From the IMG/VR virus record IMGVR_UViG_3300027648_000002, positions 1 through 56,659 of that record: 56,659 nucleotides of DNA, one strand, 5' to 3'. A program made the translations under genes and the position numbers. The notes below the pieces were generated by a model that had not been told where the DNA came from, made no database searches, and was given only the letters and a program-made list of their open reading frames with translations. Source of the stretch: a virus. Below are positions 31,679-39,483 of this stretch, piece by piece (the stretch's first letter is position 1; every line of letters starts with the position of its first letter).

Positions 31679-31925
31679 CGACGCCGTCCTCTTTCTGCTC
31701 CGGCGGCGCGAGCTGACGCAGCCGATCTAGAGTCTCACGAAGCTCTTTCGCCCTCACCAAGGTCTTGGAGTCCATCTCGCGGGCGAGTGCCAAGGCCGAC
31801 GCGGCGAGCGCCGACTCGGCAAGCTCCGGGTCGCGGCGGCGGATCGCCTCCAGGTCCCGCTTGACCGCGGCGGTAACGGCTCCCGCGCGTTTCGCTGCCG
31901 GTTTGGACGCCTTAGTCGTCGGCAT
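31620..31925 (-). CDS. Putative terminase small subunit
   Basis: Basic N-terminus (MPTTKASKPAAKRAG) and a helical body. Position immediately upstream of TerL, with a 59-nt overlap. Confidence 0.45.
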   Translation of the reverse strand: MPTTKASKPAAKRAGAVTAAVKRDLEAIRRRDPELAESALAASALALAREMDSKTLVRAKELRETLDRLRQLAPPEQKEDGVDELNDRRAKRRTARRRAAT

Positions 31926-32091
31926 CGCGCAGCCACGGCGCGATCCATATGGCGACGCGCTCACGCGACCGGATCGCCCGCACGCGCAGCCTGACCTCGG
32001 GTATCTTGATCGCCATCGTTCCCTCCGGCAGCTCGCGCCGAGGCTCGCCGCGGAGTTCCCTAATCAGCTCCGTCTCAAAGTCAAAGGCCAA
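31912..32091 (-). CDS. Small hypothetical protein (59 aa; TTG start, alternatively ATG at 32016 with a GGAGGG RBS)
   Basis: Open frame between the HNH gene and the TerS-like gene. Not in the ORF track because it is under 60 aa. Confidence 0.3.
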   Translation of the reverse strand: MAFDFETELIRELRGEPRRELPEGTMAIKIPEVRLRVRAIRSRERVAIWIAPWLRDADD

Positions 32092-32094
32092 CGA

Positions 32095-32391
32095 TCACCA
32101 CTCCCTTGATTTACGCGCCCGCAGCCGCCGGCGTCCCCGTCCTCGGTTCGCCGCCGCCACGTTGCACGGCTCATGCTCGGGTCCATGCGTGACGGATCGA
32201 TCGAGATCGTCATGGCCGAGATGCCACGGTTCGCCGGGCACGATCGGATGCCCGCAACGCCAGCAGCACACTTCGCCGCGCGCGACGGCCGGCGCCCACT
32301 TGGCGCGCAGACGCCGATGTTCCTTGCCATATCCCCGAGCGGCCGTCGGGGCTCTACGCCGGCCAGCTTCACGAGCCCGATTGCGCGGCAT
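32095..32391 (-). CDS. HNH endonuclease (terminase-associated type)
   Basis: GYGKEHRRLRAKW...CCWRCGHPI...WHLGHDD...HEPCN is a canonical HNH core. Start moved to MPRNRAREAG. Confidence 0.8.
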   Translation of the reverse strand: MPRNRAREAGRRRAPTAARGYGKEHRRLRAKWAPAVARGEVCCWRCGHPIVPGEPWHLGHDDLDRSVTHGPEHEPCNVAAANRGRGRRRLRARKSREW

Positions 32392-32557
32392 TCGACTTCG
32401 GGCCGAGCCAGTCGGCTTCGCGGAAGTTGATCTCTCCTGGCAGTGGGGGGACCGGCTCGTCGCGTACGAGTAGCCCGATGAAGGTCTCGCGAACATAGCC
32501 CGGCAATTGGCGTGCCTCGGCGATGGCGATGGCCCGCTCACGATCCACGTTCGACAC
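32369..32557 (-). CDS. Hypothetical protein
   Basis: 62 aa with realistic composition. First gene after the AT-richer gap at 32558-32661. Confidence 0.5.
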   Translation of the reverse strand: MSNVDRERAIAIAEARQLPGYVRETFIGLLVRDEPVPPLPGEINFREADWLGPKSNAAQSGS

Positions 32558-32661
32558 CTTACCAGTTTTGGCTCTAGAACGCCGTTTTCAGCGTTCGGTA
32601 GGAAATTTGCTGACCTGGGCGGGTCGCCTAGAGCAAACGCACACTTTTGAGGGTGGCGCGG

Positions 32662-32967
32662 CTACTGACCGCGAGCGCGCAACTGGTCGAGCGGGATCGC
32701 CGGCATGCCACCGTTGCCTTGGCCTCCTGCCAGTAGCTGGCGGCTGCGTGCTTCGCGGATCTCGCGTTCGCGCTTTGCTCGCAGCTCAGCGTTGGTCATC
32801 GACATCTCCTTGACCAGTTCCGTGACGAGACTCGCGTCCATCGGCACGCTGTACAGCGCATTAGGGCCACAGACGATCGTGATCTGCTTGTGCCCAGCCT
32901 CGTCTGCCTCGTCGCCATCGCCAATCGGGTAGACCTGAACTTGGCCTTGGAGCTCGTGAGTCACCAT
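32662..32967 (-). CDS. Hypothetical protein
   Basis: ATG at 32967 with AGGAGG 6 nt upstream. Confidence 0.55.
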   Translation of the reverse strand: MVTHELQGQVQVYPIGDGDEADEAGHKQITIVCGPNALYSVPMDASLVTELVKEMSMTNAELRAKREREIREARSRQLLAGGQGNGGMPAIPLDQLRARGQ

Positions 32968-33142
32968 ATACGCCCTCCTGGACAAGCTCTTGGATAGTGC
33001 TTCCGCAACCTGCACAGAGCAACTTCTGCGCGTAGACCATCGGTATCTCATGCCGACAGGCCGAGAGACCTCGAGCACGCCCACGGCGACGCAGCTCAAG
33101 GGCGAACCGCTCCCACCACAAGCTGCAGAGATCCGTAGTCAC
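32861..33142 (-). CDS. Possible Cys-rich small protein whose 3-prime 106 nt overlap the next gene
   Basis: Good GC3 only in the non-overlapping part (MTTDLCSLWWERFALELRR...CRHE...CAGCGSTIQELVQEG). The tail looks non-coding. Confidence 0.3.
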   Translation of the reverse strand: MTTDLCSLWWERFALELRRRGRARGLSACRHEIPMVYAQKLLCAGCGSTIQELVQEGVYGDSRAPRPSSGLPDWRWRRGRRGWAQADHDRLWP

Positions 33143-33267
33143 GTCACCATTGGGCTTATCGCACGGGTGCTGGCGTGTCGGCGCCCCGCGTCGCCTGGCT
33201 CGCGACCTGCTGGTGGTCCAATTTGCCTGCCTTGTTCGTCCGGGAATGTAGGCCCATGCAGTGGATC

Positions 33268-33594
33268 CTATCTCAGCAGGCTGAGCGACCTGCTGGGCTC
33301 AGTGCGCTTCTGGAACGCCGGGAGCCGGTCGGCCAAGAACTCGCGGACGCGTGCCTGGTCAAGCACGAGTTTGGACGGCCCGAAGGTCAGCACGATCCGG
33401 CCACGGTAGCTTGATTTGCCGGTCTTGTCGAAGTGGGCGAACAGCACTGCGGCGGACTCCTCGAGCAACGGCTTGAGCCGGTCCATTTCCTGGCGGCACG
33501 TGATCCACTGGTCGCCGGCCTCGGCGAGCGTCAGGCTTCGCTTGGAGACACGCGGCGGGGCTTGGAGGGTCGCGGTCGCCATCCCGACTACCAT
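33268..33594 (-). CDS. Hypothetical protein
   Basis: 108 aa with realistic composition. Confidence 0.55.
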   Translation of the reverse strand: MVVGMATATLQAPPRVSKRSLTLAEAGDQWITCRQEMDRLKPLLEESAAVLFAHFDKTGKSSYRGRIVLTFGPSKLVLDQARVREFLADRLPAFQKRTEPSRSLSLLR

Positions 33595-33643
33595 TCTAAC
33601 CGTCGTCCCGCAAATTGCGGAGGTTTTCGTCCCCCGTGAACCG

Positions 33644-33865
33644 ATGAGCCGAACGGCGAGCTATCCAGCCTCAACCACCGGCTATGGAGTCGTGCGGCTG
33701 AAGAACGGCAACACCTACGTGGGCTGGACGGTCTACGACGGTCGCGCGGTCACAGTCGACGGGCGCTTGCGCGTGATCGTGAACGGTGTCGTCGAGTACC
33801 GACCACGGCCACGGCGCACCGTTCCGCTGCATCTCATCCGCGAGGTTCTCTGGGACGAGCAGTGA
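33644..33865 (+). CDS. Small hypothetical protein on the plus strand
   Basis: Internal ATG of ORF 33416..33865 (MSRTASYPASTTGYGVVRLKNGNTYVGW...). No clear RBS. Confidence 0.35.
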   Translation: MSRTASYPASTTGYGVVRLKNGNTYVGWTVYDGRAVTVDGRLRVIVNGVVEYRPRPRRTVPLHLIREVLWDEQ

Positions 33866-33869
33866 TGTC

Positions 33870-34094
33870 CTACGCGCGTCGTGATCTCGCGGGCCGTGGC
33901 TCCCATGGCTGGCGCACGGCTTTCGCTGAGATGGCGACCGCCGGCGGCTCGGGGTCGCCATAGGACGCCAAGATGCGCTTCGGCTTGGGCGCCGGGTAGC
34001 ACCGGTTGAGGATCGCGATCATTCGGAGGTTCGACGCGGTCATCGTCTTGTGCGGCAGCCCGGACTCGCAGTTGAGGCATCTGCACACGGGCAC
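33870..34094 (-). CDS. Small Cys-containing hypothetical protein
   Basis: MPVCRCLNCESGLPHK.... Only the N-half looks protein-like. Confidence 0.3.
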   Translation of the reverse strand: MPVCRCLNCESGLPHKTMTASNLRMIAILNRCYPAPKPKRILASYGDPEPPAVAISAKAVRQPWEPRPARSRRA

Positions 34095-34166
34095 CTCACC
34101 TGTTGACTGCCTGCTCTCCGTAGCTCGCGCCAGAGTACAGAGTGGTGGCCATCGTAGCGCCGCTGG

Positions 34167-34610
34167 TCAAGCAGCGCGATAGCGAGCACGAATTCGGTCG
34201 ACGTAGGTGCGTCCCACGTTGTAGATGCGGGCGATCTCGCGCGCCGGCAACTCGCTGTCTGCGACCCATCGCTTCCACTGCGGCGACGAAAGTTCGGGTC
34301 GGTCGGATGGTGGAGGCTGACGCCGATGAGCCTCAAGCGCTGCCTTGGCGTCGCGCAGGATCAGCTCGAGCGTTCGCTGACTGTGCGCCTTGGCGAGTCG
34401 GCTTCGGAAGTGGTCGACCGATTTCAGTGCGAAGTCGTGCTCGCGGTCATCCTTGCGGTCGACGCCGCCCCGTGGTCGCTTGCCGCCCGGCGAACGCTCA
34501 TCCGCCACGCTGCCCTCGTTCTTCGACGCGTAATCCAGGGCCGGGACCTGGCTGATGAGCTCCAGTTCGGCTAGAACCTGGTGCAGCTCCCGGAGCGTGG
34601 CTGGGCTCAC
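34167..34610 (-). CDS. DNA-binding protein with a C-terminal HTH
   Basis: C-terminus ELPAREIARIYNVGRTYVDRIRARY is a typical HTH. Confidence 0.6.
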   Translation of the reverse strand: MSPATLRELHQVLAELELISQVPALDYASKNEGSVADERSPGGKRPRGGVDRKDDREHDFALKSVDHFRSRLAKAHSQRTLELILRDAKAALEAHRRQPPPSDRPELSSPQWKRWVADSELPAREIARIYNVGRTYVDRIRARYRAA

Positions 34611-34765
34611 CGTGTCCGGCGCTTCGCGGCCTTGCGTTGCTTGCGCGCTCTGGCAGTCTCCCGTTTACGCACGCGCTTGGCCTGGCGCTTGCTCAGCTTC
34701 CATTGGCGCCTGAACATGGCAGCGGATGGTAGCGCCGCCGCGCAGGCACGGCAAGCAACGCCAGC

Positions 34766-35101
34766 TCAGTTGCTCGTGGCCTCCTCCGTTGTAGCTGCGA
34801 GGGTTGGCAATGGAGGCCCGTCCTCGATGGCTGTGAGTGGGAAGTGGTTGCCGTTGGGCTTGCCGACCAGATACAGGCGCGGTGGTCCACCTTCGGGTGA
34901 CGTGAGACGCACGCGCTCGCCCTCACGCAAATCGAACAACGGCTCGCGTGCCTCGTGGATGGCGATAGCGACAGCCTCAGCCGTTGAGCGCCAGTACCCG
35001 TCAGGCTCGCGTTTCGGCTCGGACTGCATCGCCTGCTCCACGTCGAACAGCACTCGCTCGGCGGCGTCTATTTCCTGGGTTGACGGCTTCCAGTCGCTCA
35101 C
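34766..35101 (-). CDS. Hypothetical protein
   Basis: 111 aa. GTGA overlap with the upstream gene. Confidence 0.55.
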   Translation of the reverse strand: MSDWKPSTQEIDAAERVLFDVEQAMQSEPKREPDGYWRSTAEAVAIAIHEAREPLFDLREGERVRLTSPEGGPPRLYLVGKPNGNHFPLTAIEDGPPLPTLAATTEEATSN

Positions 35102-35565
35102 TGCGGGTCCTCCGTTGTAGCTGCGAGCGCGTCGTCGATGAGTCTCAACGCTTCGGCAATGTTGTCGTCCGTCTGGATTCCGTCCTCGATGGCCACGCGA
35201 AGCTCTTTGAGCGCCGCTCTCAGCTTGGCCTGCTGCTGCTCGGCGATGGCAAGACGAGACTCGGGGTTGGCCGTGTAGCGATCAAGCTGCTCTGGCGTCG
35301 GGTTCTCGACCTCGGCAAGGAATACCCATGGGATCGCGTCCAGCGCATCGCGGAAGTGCAGCCAGTCCTCCCAGGCAAAGACGAGATGGCCAGCGCCGCC
35401 TTTGTGGTAGGTGGGATCGCGTCCGGGACCGCTCGCATGCTGGCGCCCCGTCGAGACTTCCATGTGCGCGTGGTCGCCGAGCCGCAGGACCTCGAAGCAG
35501 ACGACGCGGCCTTCGTAGTCGGCCGGCGGCGGCGCATTGAGACGGACGATCCGCTCGGCAGGCAT
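35098..35565 (-). CDS. Hypothetical protein
   Basis: 155 aa, coupled. Confidence 0.55.
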   Translation of the reverse strand: MPAERIVRLNAPPPADYEGRVVCFEVLRLGDHAHMEVSTGRQHASGPGRDPTYHKGGAGHLVFAWEDWLHFRDALDAIPWVFLAEVENPTPEQLDRYTANPESRLAIAEQQQAKLRAALKELRVAIEDGIQTDDNIAEALRLIDDALAATTEDPQ

Positions 35566-35795
35566 CAGACGACCATCGGCTCTGGCTCGATTCTCAGGAA
35601 ACTGTGCAGGTCACAGCGAGAACACGACACCGAAGGAAACACTTCGAGGCCATTCTCGGCACGCCAGGTCGGCCAAGGGAGAATGGTCTCGACCTCGATA
35701 TCGGTCCCGTCCAAGTCCACGCAACGGTGCGCCAACCACACGTGCTTGCCGTCCTCGTCAAGCCACGCGTGCGCCCACATAAAACGGATGTTCAT
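35565..35795 (-). CDS. Hypothetical protein
   Basis: 76 aa, W/C/D-rich. Confidence 0.5.
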   Translation of the reverse strand: MNIRFMWAHAWLDEDGKHVWLAHRCVDLDGTDIEVETILPWPTWRAENGLEVFPSVSCSRCDLHSFLRIEPEPMVV

Positions 35796-35817
35796 GGCGA
35801 TAGCTCCCGGTCGTCGC

Positions 35818-35982
35818 TCACGAGTCCCTCCAGTTCGTCCAGTAGGCGGCGAAGGCTGCGCCGATGGCCTGGCGGCGCGACATCCCGAAGCTGCGCCGGC
35901 AGCCCAGATAGTGGCTAATCCAGCCGTACCGCCCGAGGGCGTGGAGAAGGCCCCTCGTCCAGTGCTCCCGGTCCTCGCTCAT
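35818..35982 (-). CDS. Small hypothetical protein (54 aa) starting MSEDREH
   Basis: ATGA overlap with the stop of 35979..36260. Shares its start-region sequence with the two upstream genes. Confidence 0.4.
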   Translation of the reverse strand: MSEDREHWTRGLLHALGRYGWISHYLGCRRSFGMSRRQAIGAAFAAYWTNWRDS

Positions 35983-36260
35983 GGTGTCGCAATCCTGTCA
36001 CCACTGGCAGCGATCACCTGCGCGTGGATACCGTTGATGATCGCCGAGCCCCCGATGGGCACCCACACGCGCCAGCGGTGACAGCCCTCGCAGCGCATCT
36101 GCTTATGCGTCTTGGCCAGCTCTCTCGCCCACTCATCGAAGGGGAGCGGACCCGGCCAATGCTGCGCTCGCAACGGGCAGTCCTCGTCCTCCAACCGCAG
36201 CCAGCCCCCGGCCGGAACGCGCGTCACAACCCGCGATAGCTCCTGGTCCTCGCTAGCCAT
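35979..36260 (-). CDS. Hypothetical protein starting MASEDQE (contains a CEGCH motif)
   Basis: Internal ATG with a GGAGG RBS. Confidence 0.5.
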   Translation of the reverse strand: MASEDQELSRVVTRVPAGGWLRLEDEDCPLRAQHWPGPLPFDEWARELAKTHKQMRCEGCHRWRVWVPIGGSAIINGIHAQVIAASGDRIATP

Positions 36261-36435
36261 CACGGGCCTCCGCAGCCCAACGTTCGGCCTCGCACAGCAC
36301 ACAGATCTCGAGGCCACCGCCAGCGTCTCGCCATTCATGGCCAGCGAACTCGCACGGTGCATTCGAGGGCCTGTCCTCGATCGTGCCGCCATCCCGAGGC
36401 GATCGAAATGCGCACTCCCGGTCCTCGCTAGCCAC
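36253..36435 (-). CDS. Small zinc-finger-like protein starting MASEDRE
   Basis: GTG start with a GGAGG RBS. CEFAGHEWRDAGGGLEICVLCEAER; paralog of 39476..39673. Confidence 0.5.
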   Translation of the reverse strand: MASEDRECAFRSPRDGGTIEDRPSNAPCEFAGHEWRDAGGGLEICVLCEAERWAAEARDG

Positions 36436-36721
36436 GGTCGGCCTCCGGAGCTACAAAGAGCCGATCAACGCGGGTAACACCGGCCGCTTCTCGGCCAGCA
36501 CGGGTCAGAGCAAAGGGCTGCTGGCCTCGCTTGATCTGCCGCGACAACAGCCCCCGGCGCTCCATCGCTTCGGCGCAACGCCACTCGCCCGCGTTCTCAG
36601 GACGCCAAAAGGCTTCCCCGTCGGGATTGGCGACCCCGGCCAGCTCCGACAGGTGGCGCCTCATGGCACCTGTCAAGGTGATCGTGCGTGGCCGCTCCTC
36701 GGTCTGTGGGGTGTCGGTCAC
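36428..36721 (-). CDS. Hypothetical protein starting (V)TDTPQTEE
   Basis: 97 aa, GTG start. Confidence 0.5.
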   Translation of the reverse strand: MTDTPQTEERPRTITLTGAMRRHLSELAGVANPDGEAFWRPENAGEWRCAEAMERRGLLSRQIKRGQQPFALTRAGREAAGVTRVDRLFVAPEADRG

Positions 36722-36942
36722 GACTCCGCCTCGAATAGGGATGGCCAGTCAGCGAGCACGCCGAGCCACGAACAGTGCTCGTACTGTTGCTTGGCGGCAA
36801 TGCGCTCTTCCTGTTCCGGACTAAGGGAGGCGCGCAGAGCAGCGATAGTGCCCGCTGGCAGCCCTTCCTCGCGTCGCAGCGCTTCGCTTGCCTCGCGAGC
36901 CGTGAGCGGCAAATTGGCCTGTGGGGTGTCGTGGTCGGTCAC
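36718..36942 (-). CDS. Hypothetical protein starting (V)TDHDTPQ
   Basis: GTG at 36942 in a GTGA overlap with the XRE gene stop. Confidence 0.45.
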   Translation of the reverse strand: MTDHDTPQANLPLTAREASEALRREEGLPAGTIAALRASLSPEQEERIAAKQQYEHCSWLGVLADWPSLFEAES

Positions 36943-37202
36943 GACTCTTCCTCTACCAAGCGTGCGATGTCGCTCACGCTGGTCCCGAGTGCTCGGGCGA
37001 GCCGGCAGACCGTCGTCCATGTCGGGTTGGCGGTGCCGCGCTCGATCCGGGCGTAGGCCGCGACGGTAAGCCCCGCCTTGTGCGCCAAGCCCTCCTGGGT
37101 TTCGTGGCGCAGACGCCGCACCTGGCGCAGCGTCTTGGCGAGGGTCTGGTCGGGTGCGCTCACAACACGCGGGATGCTAGCGGCCCGCTGCCGGTATGTC
37201 AA
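36939..37202 (-). CDS. XRE-family (Cro/CI-type) HTH transcriptional regulator
   Basis: LRQVRRLRHETQEGLAHKAGLTVAAYARIERGTANPTWTTVCRLARALG is a canonical HTH_XRE pattern. Confidence 0.8.
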   Translation of the reverse strand: MTYRQRAASIPRVVSAPDQTLAKTLRQVRRLRHETQEGLAHKAGLTVAAYARIERGTANPTWTTVCRLARALGTSVSDIARLVEEES

Positions 37203-37267
37203 GGCTCAGTTGTCCTCGAGCGCAGCGCGGACGCGATCGGGGCTTGACATCGCATAGCGCATCGACA

Positions 37268-37798
37268 TCATGGCCGTGGTGTGACCGAGGATCTGCTGGG
37301 TCGGCGAGGGCGCCGATTTTGGGCCTGTTCCTTCGGCGTCGCCCACCGACAGTTGCCAGGTTCGTAGTTGCCGTCGTTGTCGATGCGCTCGATGCTGTGT
37401 CCATCCGGCCGCTCGCCCATGTCGGCGAGGAAGTTCTCGAAGACCTGCCAGCGCTCGCAGACGGTGATGCCGCGGCCGCCGTAATGCTCGTAGTCCGGTG
37501 CCCTTGGGTTCGTCGTGCAGCGTTCTCGCATCGCCTGCCACGATTTGTAGGTAGGCGATCTGCTGGCTTTGCGTGAGTGACCGTGTCGGGTGTTTCGATC
37601 CCGCATCCGCTCAGCGGGGATACAGCCGCAGCTTCGTGTATGGCCGCAGCGCAGGTTGCTGACGCTCACGATGGTCTTGTTGCCGCAGTCGCAGAGGCAG
37701 AGCCAGTGAGCGCCCTTAGCTGTGCTCGCCGCAGGCGTCAGCACCTTCAAGCGCTCGAACTGCTGGCCCGTCAAGTCGAGCCGGTTGTGGCCGCCCAT
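37268..37798 (-). CDS. Phage DNA-binding or homing-endonuclease-associated protein (zinc ribbon plus a GRGI...NCRWAT..EQ..N module)
   Basis: WLCLCDCGN...CGHTRSCGC, YKSWQAMRERC, YGGRGITVCERW, DGNYEPGNCRWATPKEQAQN. Confidence 0.55.
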   Translation of the reverse strand: MGGHNRLDLTGQQFERLKVLTPAASTAKGAHWLCLCDCGNKTIVSVSNLRCGHTRSCGCIPAERMRDRNTRHGHSRKASRSPTYKSWQAMRERCTTNPRAPDYEHYGGRGITVCERWQVFENFLADMGERPDGHSIERIDNDGNYEPGNCRWATPKEQAQNRRPRRPSRSSVTPRP

Positions 37799-37868
37799 CT
37801 GGGCATCCTCCCATACGCTGGGGTTCGGATGCGTAGCCCGTAGTTACGGGGGCCGACAACCCGTTGCG

Positions 37869-37961
37869 TTGCGTATGGGCTTACGCAAAGGGTCGCCGTG
37901 CAGGCATCTCGTGGTGATGCAGGCTACTTTGTTTGCTGCGTACAGACAGGCCCTTTGCGTA
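37869..37961. promoter_or_regulatory. Cluster of TTGCGTA half-sites upstream of the recombinase gene (operator or res-like site)
   Basis: TTGCGTA-6 nt-TACGCAA palindrome at 37869-37888. An 11-bp inverted pair, TACGCAAAGGG (37882-92) and CCCTTTGCGTA (37951-61). An extra CTGCGTA at 37936-42. Confidence 0.4.
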
Positions 37962-37989
37962 GAAACCGGATTCCTGCCACACTGAAGCG

Positions 37990-38670
37990 ATGGCCCTCCA
38001 GTTGATCGGCTACGCCCGCGTCTCCACCGATGAGCAGGCGCTCTACGGTTACGGCCTGGACGCCCAGGAGTCAAAGTGCCGCGAGCACGCCCGGCGCGTC
38101 GGCGCGGAGATGGTGGTGATCCGCGATGAGGGAATCAGCGGCAAGGCACTCGACCGCCCAGGGCTGATGCGTGCACTCACGCGGATCGCCGCTGGAGAGG
38201 CCGACGGCCTGGTGGTCGCGAAGCTGGACCGGCTCACGCGCTCAGTGATCGACTTCGCGATGCTCTTGGAGTGGTTCACGGTCGCGGACGCGCTGCTCGT
38301 CGCGCTCGACTTCGACTTGGACACCTCGACCCCGTCCGGCCGGCTCGTCGCGACGATCATGTCAGCGGTCGCGGAGTGGGAGCGTGGCGTCATCGCCCAG
38401 CGCACGCGCGAGGGCCTGGCCGCAGCCCGCGCGCAAGGGCGCCCGGTCGGCCGCCCAGCAGTCCCCGATGAGCTGGCACACCGCATCCGCAAGCAGCGCG
38501 AGGACGGCGCGACGCTGCAGCAGATTTGCGACTCGCTGAACGCCGACAGGGTGCCGACCGCGCGCGGTGCGATTGCTTGGCGGCCATCCGCGATTCAGCG
38601 CGCACTCGGCTACGAGCGTCAGCCTCGACGCCGCAAGATCGCCACGCTCCCCGAGATCCGCCGACGCTAG
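37990..38670 (+). CDS. Small serine recombinase (resolvase/invertase family)
   Basis: LIGYARVSTDEQ (catalytic Ser), GLVVAKLDRLTRS, and a C-terminal HTH (ATLQQICDSLNADRVPTARG). 226 aa. Confidence 0.9.
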   Translation: MALQLIGYARVSTDEQALYGYGLDAQESKCREHARRVGAEMVVIRDEGISGKALDRPGLMRALTRIAAGEADGLVVAKLDRLTRSVIDFAMLLEWFTVADALLVALDFDLDTSTPSGRLVATIMSAVAEWERGVIAQRTREGLAAARAQGRPVGRPAVPDELAHRIRKQREDGATLQQICDSLNADRVPTARGAIAWRPSAIQRALGYERQPRRRKIATLPEIRRR

Positions 38671-38776
38671 TGCGACGCCTATTTGCAGGGCTTTTTACCA
38701 TAAATGGACCAACGACAGCGCGCTTCGCAGGCCCCGCGAAACTAATGGACCAGCTAGCGGAGTTGCCGGCAAGCGC

Positions 38777-39118
38777 TCACCGGAGCACCTCGAACTCGAC
38801 GCGCCAGACCCGCGCGAAGACATCAAAGCAGCCGTTGATCTCCGACCATGCGGCGATGAATGCCGAGACGCTCGTGAAGCCCTCTCGCTTGGCCTCTGCG
38901 CTCGACATTTTGCCGAGAATCATTCTCGAGCACAGGACGACGCACGCGGTGCCGACGCGCGGCTTGCCGCGCCCCGGCTGTACCGAGAACTCTTTGCCCG
39001 GCACGTAGATGCACCGGTCATGCCACCACGGCGACTTCGGGTTGTCCGAGCACAGGCGACGCGTGACCGTCTTCTCGCCAGCCATCACCTTCGCTGCCAG
39101 CTCGGCGCGGAAGATCAT
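38777..39118 (-). CDS. ASCH (PUA-like) domain protein
   Basis: MIFRAELAAKVMAGEKTVTRR...GFTSVSAFIAAWSEI fits the ASCH pattern. Confidence 0.65.
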   Translation of the reverse strand: MIFRAELAAKVMAGEKTVTRRLCSDNPKSPWWHDRCIYVPGKEFSVQPGRGKPRVGTACVVLCSRMILGKMSSAEAKREGFTSVSAFIAAWSEINGCFDVFARVWRVEFEVLR

Positions 39119-39483
39119 CCGCCTGCCTCCTGGGCAGCCTCGAGAGCGGCACGCGCGTGGTCGATGATCTGCGTCAGCGTGATCGTGCGTCGTGTGGCCG
39201 AGCCCGGCTCATCCATCGCCACAAGCCATTCGGCGAGCCCTCGGAGACGCTTGTTCTGCTCGGCTGTCGGGTCGGCTGGGGCACGAACCACACGCAGGAC
39301 GTGGCCGTCGGGCCGCATGTACGACGAGTCCCATCCTTCCCCTTTCCACCGGAGCCATTCCACCGGGTCTCCCTGCTCAATCTTCTCGATATCCACGAAC
39401 CGGCCAAGCGAGGGCTCCAACACTCGGTCGCCCACGGCAAGCTCGTCGGCTCTTACGACCTCGACCTGTAGACGCTCACTCAC
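39115..39483 (-). CDS. Hypothetical protein
   Basis: 122 aa, coupled. Confidence 0.55.
   Translation of the reverse strand: MSERLQVEVVRADELAVGDRVLEPSLGRFVDIEKIEQGDPVEWLRWKGEGWDSSYMRPDGHVLRVVRAPADPTAEQNKRLRGLAEWLVAMDEPGSATRRTITLTQIIDHARAALEAAQEAGG

Noticed and set aside
37990-38670. Phage integrase for chromosomal lysogeny
   Set aside because: At 226 aa with only a resolvase catalytic domain plus an HTH, it lacks the large C-terminal domain of serine integrases. No tyrosine integrase signature was seen elsewhere.
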